A DNA stretch of 64,000 nucleotides from Actinoallomurus sp. (lineage in GTDB: Bacteria; Actinomycetota; Actinomycetes; Streptosporangiales; Streptosporangiaceae). A program made the position numbers and the translations under genes. The stretch is from the NCBI GenBank assembly GCA_025964625.1, contig JAOPYL010000214.1, forward strand, positions 7,542 to 71,541, in the 5' to 3' direction. Positions 59,848 to 64,000 of this stretch are shown piece after piece (the stretch's first letter is position 1; each line of letters starts with the position of its first letter). The notes beneath the pieces are model-generated. The model was not told where the DNA came from, searched no databases, and saw only the letters and a list, made by a program, of their open reading frames with translations.

Positions 59848-62262
59848 TCATTGGTCCGGATGGCCGAGCGTGAGGCCGAAGGCGCTCTCGCCCGTCTCGC
59901 CGACCATCAGCGCGGCGGCGACCGGCGGGTAGCCACTGGCGATCACCGTATACGGGCCTGGGTTCAGATCGTGGAAGGCGTACTCGCCATCGGGGCCGGT
60001 GGTGGCCATGGCGATGACGTTGCCCGCGGCGTCCACCAGGGTGACCCGGGCGTCGGCCAGCGGGAGGTCGTCGCTCGCCGTACGGACCGTGCCCTGCACG
60101 CGGGCACCCGCCCGCAGCTCGACCTCACAACGCGTGGTGCCCTGGCCCGCGACCTCGACCGGCAGCGCGCTCGGCCGGTGGCCGCTCGCGCTCACCGCGA
60201 TGACGAACGTGCCGGAGAGGAAGTCCTGGAAGGAGAACGTGCCGTCCTCGCCCGTCGCGGCGGACGCGACGACCTCGCCGCGGACGTCGGTCACGACGAC
60301 CATGGCATCGGCGACCGGGATTCCGGTCGCCGCGCTCCGGACCAGGCCGGCGATGCCGGAGGTGCCCGACAGGGTCAGGTCGTACGAGAGCGGTTCCTCC
60401 CCCACCACGACCGTGGCCGCCTGCGGCTGGTGGCCGTCGGCCGCCGCGATCAGCATGTACGAACCGGCCACCGGGACGGTCAGCGCGTACGAACCGTCGC
60501 GCCCGGTGGCGGCCCGGTCGATCTGGCGCCCGCCCAGTTCGATGAGGGTGAGCGCCGCGCCGGCGATCGAGCCGCCCTCGTTTCCGCGTACGTGACCGCG
60601 GATCCGGGGGCCCTGGCCGTCGGGGCCGGCGCCGTCGGCCGACGCCATCGGCGCGGTGACCGCCACCGGTTGGCCCTGAGCGGTCAGGTCGCCGTCCTGC
60701 CGCGGCCCGGTCTGGGCCCCCACCGGCACGAACTCCCGGGGCGCCGCGGCCTCCGCCGCGGCCTCGGCCGCCATCGCCTTCACGTCGCCGCCGACCGGCG
60801 CGACGACCGATCGCCGCCCCTCGCCCCTGCTGTCGACCAGGACCGCGACGACGACGGCGGCGAGCACCAGCACGCCGACGGCCCACCAGAGTGCGACGCT
60901 GAAGCCATGGACCAGGCCGACCGCGGCGAGCCGCGGGGACGGACGGCCCTGGGCGTGCGCGACGAGGTACGTCGTGGTTGCGGTCGCGGCGATCGTGTTG
61001 AGCAGCGCGGTGCCGATGGAGCCGCCGATCTGCTGTGAGGTGTTGACCATCGCCGACGCCACGCCCGCGTCGCGCGGGTCGACGCCCATCGTGGCGAGGT
61101 TCATGGCGGGCATGAACGCCGCGCCCAGCCCGACGCCGAGCAGCAGCTGCGCGGGCAGGACCAGGCTCGTGTAGGCGCTGTCGACCTGGAGCCTGGTCAG
61201 CAGCACTATGCCGGTCGCGGCCACGAGCAGGCCGGGCACCATCAGCAGGCGCGGCGGGACGTGGTTCATCAGGCGGGCCGAGATCTGCGTCGAGCCGATG
61301 ATCATGCCCGCCGTCATCGGCAGGAACGCCAGGCCGCTCTCGACGGGTGAGTACCGCTTGACGGTCTGCAGGTAGTACGTCAGGAACAGGAAGAGGCCGA
61401 ACATCCCGATCACGGAGAGGCCGACCGCGAGGTAGGCGCCGCCGCGGTTGCGGTCCAGGACGACCCGCAGCGGCAGCAGCGGAGCCTTGGCCAGGCCCTC
61501 GACGACGACGAAGGCCACGAGCAGCACGCCCGCGGCCACGAACAGGCCGATCACGCCGCGCTCACTCCAGCCCTCGGATTCGGCACGGGTGAAGCCGTAC
61601 ACCAGCGAGATCAGGCCCGCGGTGACCAGGACGACTCCGGGAACATCCAGGCGGGAGCGGCCGCGCGGCGGGGCGGGGTCCTTCACGAAGGCGATGCCGC
61701 CGGCCAGTCCGAGTACGGCGATCGGCACGTTGACGTACAGCGCCCAGCGCCAGTTGAGGTACTCGGTCAGCACGCCGCCGAGGATGAGGCCGATGGCCGC
61801 GCCGCCGCCCGCGATCGCGCCGTAGATGCCGAACGCCTTGGCCCGTTCCCTCGCGGCGGTGAACGTCACCGCGAGCAGCGAGAGGGCCGACGGGGCGAGC
61901 AGCGCGCCGAACGCGCCCTGAAGCGCACGGGCACTGAGCAGCATCACCTCGTTGGCCGCGGCGCCGCCGAGCGCGGAGGCGCCGGCGAAGCCGACCAGGC
62001 CGATGAGGAAGGTGAGCTTGCGGCCGATGAGGTCGCCGATCCTGCCGCCGAACAGGAGCAGTCCGCCGAAGGCGAGGGTGTAGGCCGTGATCACCCACTG
62101 GCGGTCGCCGTCGGAGATGTCCAGCGCCTTCTGGGCGGACGGCAGGGCGATGTTCACGACGGTCGCGTCGAGGACCACCATCAACTGGGCGAGTGCGATG
62201 AAGACCAGGGCGATCCAGCGCCGGGGCGCTGGATCGCCGGAGACCGATGCGCTCGTCGACAT
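59848..62262 (-). CDS. DHA2 (14-TMS) MFS transporter with three C-terminal carboxypeptidase-regulatory-like repeats
   Basis: LDATVVNIALP, GGRIGDLIGRK; repeats of the GxVR...IxGAxLTL...TGxDGxY type. Confidence 0.9.
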   Translation of the reverse strand: MSTSASVSGDPAPRRWIALVFIALAQLMVVLDATVVNIALPSAQKALDISDGDRQWVITAYTLAFGGLLLFGGRIGDLIGRKLTFLIGLVGFAGASALGGAAANEVMLLSARALQGAFGALLAPSALSLLAVTFTAARERAKAFGIYGAIAGGGAAIGLILGGVLTEYLNWRWALYVNVPIAVLGLAGGIAFVKDPAPPRGRSRLDVPGVVLVTAGLISLVYGFTRAESEGWSERGVIGLFVAAGVLLVAFVVVEGLAKAPLLPLRVVLDRNRGGAYLAVGLSVIGMFGLFLFLTYYLQTVKRYSPVESGLAFLPMTAGMIIGSTQISARLMNHVPPRLLMVPGLLVAATGIVLLTRLQVDSAYTSLVLPAQLLLGVGLGAAFMPAMNLATMGVDPRDAGVASAMVNTSQQIGGSIGTALLNTIAATATTTYLVAHAQGRPSPRLAAVGLVHGFSVALWWAVGVLVLAAVVVAVLVDSRGEGRRSVVAPVGGDVKAMAAEAAAEAAAPREFVPVGAQTGPRQDGDLTAQGQPVAVTAPMASADGAGPDGQGPRIRGHVRGNEGGSIAGAALTLIELGGRQIDRAATGRDGSYALTVPVAGSYMLIAAADGHQPQAATVVVGEEPLSYDLTLSGTSGIAGLVRSAATGIPVADAMVVVTDVRGEVVASAATGEDGTFSFQDFLSGTFVIAVSASGHRPSALPVEVAGQGTTRCEVELRAGARVQGTVRTASDDLPLADARVTLVDAAGNVIAMATTGPDGEYAFHDLNPGPYTVIASGYPPVAAALMVGETGESAFGLTLGHPDQ

Positions 62263-62500
62263 GGGAGACGTCTCCAGTGTTCGAGGAGTCAGAGCCTGGA
62301 CGTGCGGGGCTGCCGGAGCAGGGTGACGCAGGTCGAAGCGACGTGAGCAGCGGCACCCCCCTGTCGAATTGCCGGAAATCGTCGCTCATGGTACAAGTTT
62401 CGTCACTCAGGGTACATCGAGCGCTTGGCGTGATAAAGAGGCAAGGCGCTATTCACGAGCGGAGGAACCGCTCAGCGGTCGCCGATGGGCCGGCCGGCGC

Positions 62501-64000
62501 TCAGGGTGTGAGGGACAGGGCCGCGAGGGCGGCGTTGACGATGGAGCCGGGTAGCAGGTCGTGCAGTTCGTACAGCTCCGGAATCGAGCCGGACTGGCCG
62601 AACTCGTCGACGCCGAGCGGCACGCACGGCACGCCCAGCGCCGAACCGAGCCACGCCAGCGCGTGCGACGCCGCGTCGTGCACCGTGACGACCGGCGCCC
62701 GGTTCGCGAACGCCGCCCGGAGCGCGCCCGCCTCGGAGGGCATCGTCGCGGTCCGCACGCCCTGACGCAGGGTGCGCTGCCAGGCCGAGTACAGCCGGTC
62801 CGGCGAGGTCAGGTCGACGACGTGCGCGGCGATGCCCTCCTCCTCCAGCTCACGTGCGGCGGCCAGTGTCTCCGGCAGCACGGCGCCGGTGGCCGCCAGG
62901 TAGACGGCCGGGCCGTCCACCTCGGCCTCGCGCAGGAGGTACGCACCGGCCAGCACCTGGCGGCGGAGGACCGCGTCGCCCAGCCGGGCACGCGCCTCCT
63001 CGAACGGCGTCTGGTCCAGCGGCCGGGTCGTCAGGCGGAAGTAGTACGCGCCGTCCTCGGCCGGCACCGCGGTCGTCCTGTCCGCCGGGCCGGCGGCGAT
63101 GCGGCCGAGGGCGTCGCAGAGCAGCCAGTCCAGCGCGGTGGCGTAGGCCGGCTCCAGGTACGTGACGTTCGGCAGTTCCAGGCCGAGCGAGGCGGTGATC
63201 GTCGACTGGTGCGCGCCGCCCTCGGGCGCGAGCGTCACTCCGGACGGGGTGCCGGCCACGACGAACCGCGCGCCCGAGTAGACCCCGTAGATGAACGCGT
63301 CGAGCCCCCGGCACACGAACGGGTCGTAGACGGTGCCGACCGGGAGCAGCGGCTGACCGTGCAGGTCGCCGGAGAGACCGAGCTGGCCGAGCAGCAGGAA
63401 CAGGTTCATCTCGGAGATGCCCAGCTCGATGTGCTGCCCCTTGGGTCCCTCGGTCCACTTCAGCAGCGGGTCGGCGCTCCACGCGCGCTGCGCGGCGGGT
63501 GCGAACACCCCGGTGCGGTTGATGAAGCCCGCCAGGTTGGTGGAGGTCGCGACGTCGGGCGCGGTGGTCACCAGGTACGGCGCCACCTTCTCGTCCCGTG
63601 ACAGGTCGACGAGGATCTTGCCGAACGCGTCCTGGGTGGACACCGGGCGCGCCGTCCGCACCCCCGTGGCGGTGGGCACCGTCACGCCGAGCGAGTTCTG
63701 CACCGGCGTACGGAGCAGCGCCTCGCGCCGCCGGTTGCACAGGATGCCCGCCGGCGTGGCCGCGTCGAAGCGGGCCCAGTCGTCAGTCAGCCCCAGCGAG
63801 TCGCGCAGCCCGCCGATCTGCTCGGGCGTGAGCAGTGCCGAGTGGTTGCGCGGGTTGCCGGCGATCGGCAGCCCGTGACCCTTGACGGTGTAGGCGAACA
63901 CGACGCTGGGGCGGTCGGTGACCGCGTCGCACTCCGCGTACGCCTCCAGCATGGCCACCAGGTCGTGGCCGCCCAGGTCCTGGACGAGCTCGGCGAGCTC
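62501..64000 (-). CDS. Pyruvate dehydrogenase E1 / transketolase-like protein, 5' end outside the window
   Basis: YTVKGHGL, ELGISEMNL, EGGAHQS, LGVDEFGQSG; the frame stays open to the window edge. Confidence 0.85.
   Translation of the reverse strand, partial: ELAELVQDLGGHDLVAMLEAYAECDAVTDRPSVVFAYTVKGHGLPIAGNPRNHSALLTPEQIGGLRDSLGLTDDWARFDAATPAGILCNRRREALLRTPVQNSLGVTVPTATGVRTARPVSTQDAFGKILVDLSRDEKVAPYLVTTAPDVATSTNLAGFINRTGVFAPAAQRAWSADPLLKWTEGPKGQHIELGISEMNLFLLLGQLGLSGDLHGQPLLPVGTVYDPFVCRGLDAFIYGVYSGARFVVAGTPSGVTLAPEGGAHQSTITASLGLELPNVTYLEPAYATALDWLLCDALGRIAAGPADRTTAVPAEDGAYYFRLTTRPLDQTPFEEARARLGDAVLRRQVLAGAYLLREAEVDGPAVYLAATGAVLPETLAAARELEEEGIAAHVVDLTSPDRLYSAWQRTLRQGVRTATMPSEAGALRAAFANRAPVVTVHDAASHALAWLGSALGVPCVPLGVDEFGQSGSIPELYELHDLLPGSIVNAALAALSLTP

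Noticed and set aside
62419-62429. GAGCGCTTGGC as a ninth KstR2 site upstream of the MFS
   Set aside because: Only the right half matches; the left arm is absent.

Overview
High-GC actinomycete chromosome segment; gene style suggests Streptosporangiales, which is my inference. No rRNA, tRNA, CRISPR array or transposase was seen. The main theme is a dispersed steroid-type catabolic regulon. It has a clear KstR2 TetR regulator (20143-20820), a FadE30/IpdE1-like acyl-CoA dehydrogenase and a FadD3-like ligase. Eight copies of a palindromic operator (ACCAAGC-N4-GCTTGGT, overlapping the known KstR2 box AnCAAGnnCTTGnT) are spread over about 50 kb. These operators precede genes outside the textbook KstR2 regulon: luciferase-like/F420-type monooxygenases, Ltp/OB-fold pairs, non-canonical CoA ligases, an ADP-forming acyl-CoA ligase, SDR/MDR dehydrogenases, a hydrolase and a thioesterase. 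Also present: a cellobiose cebEFG-bglC-cebR operon with a perfect CebR box and a closely coupled Ser/Thr kinase, a ~10 kb glycosylation island (glf, GT4s including a BtrM/KanF-like one, GT2 fusion, GT9, two dehydrogenases), a glycine-riboswitch-like element, a candidate sRNA/attenuator, a frameshifted lipoprotein, a Cys-rich small ORF opposite a GAF regulator, an MFS/YceI pair, and a truncated pyruvate-dehydrogenase/transketolase-like gene at the right edge. All family calls come from motif recognition and recalled sequences, not database searches.
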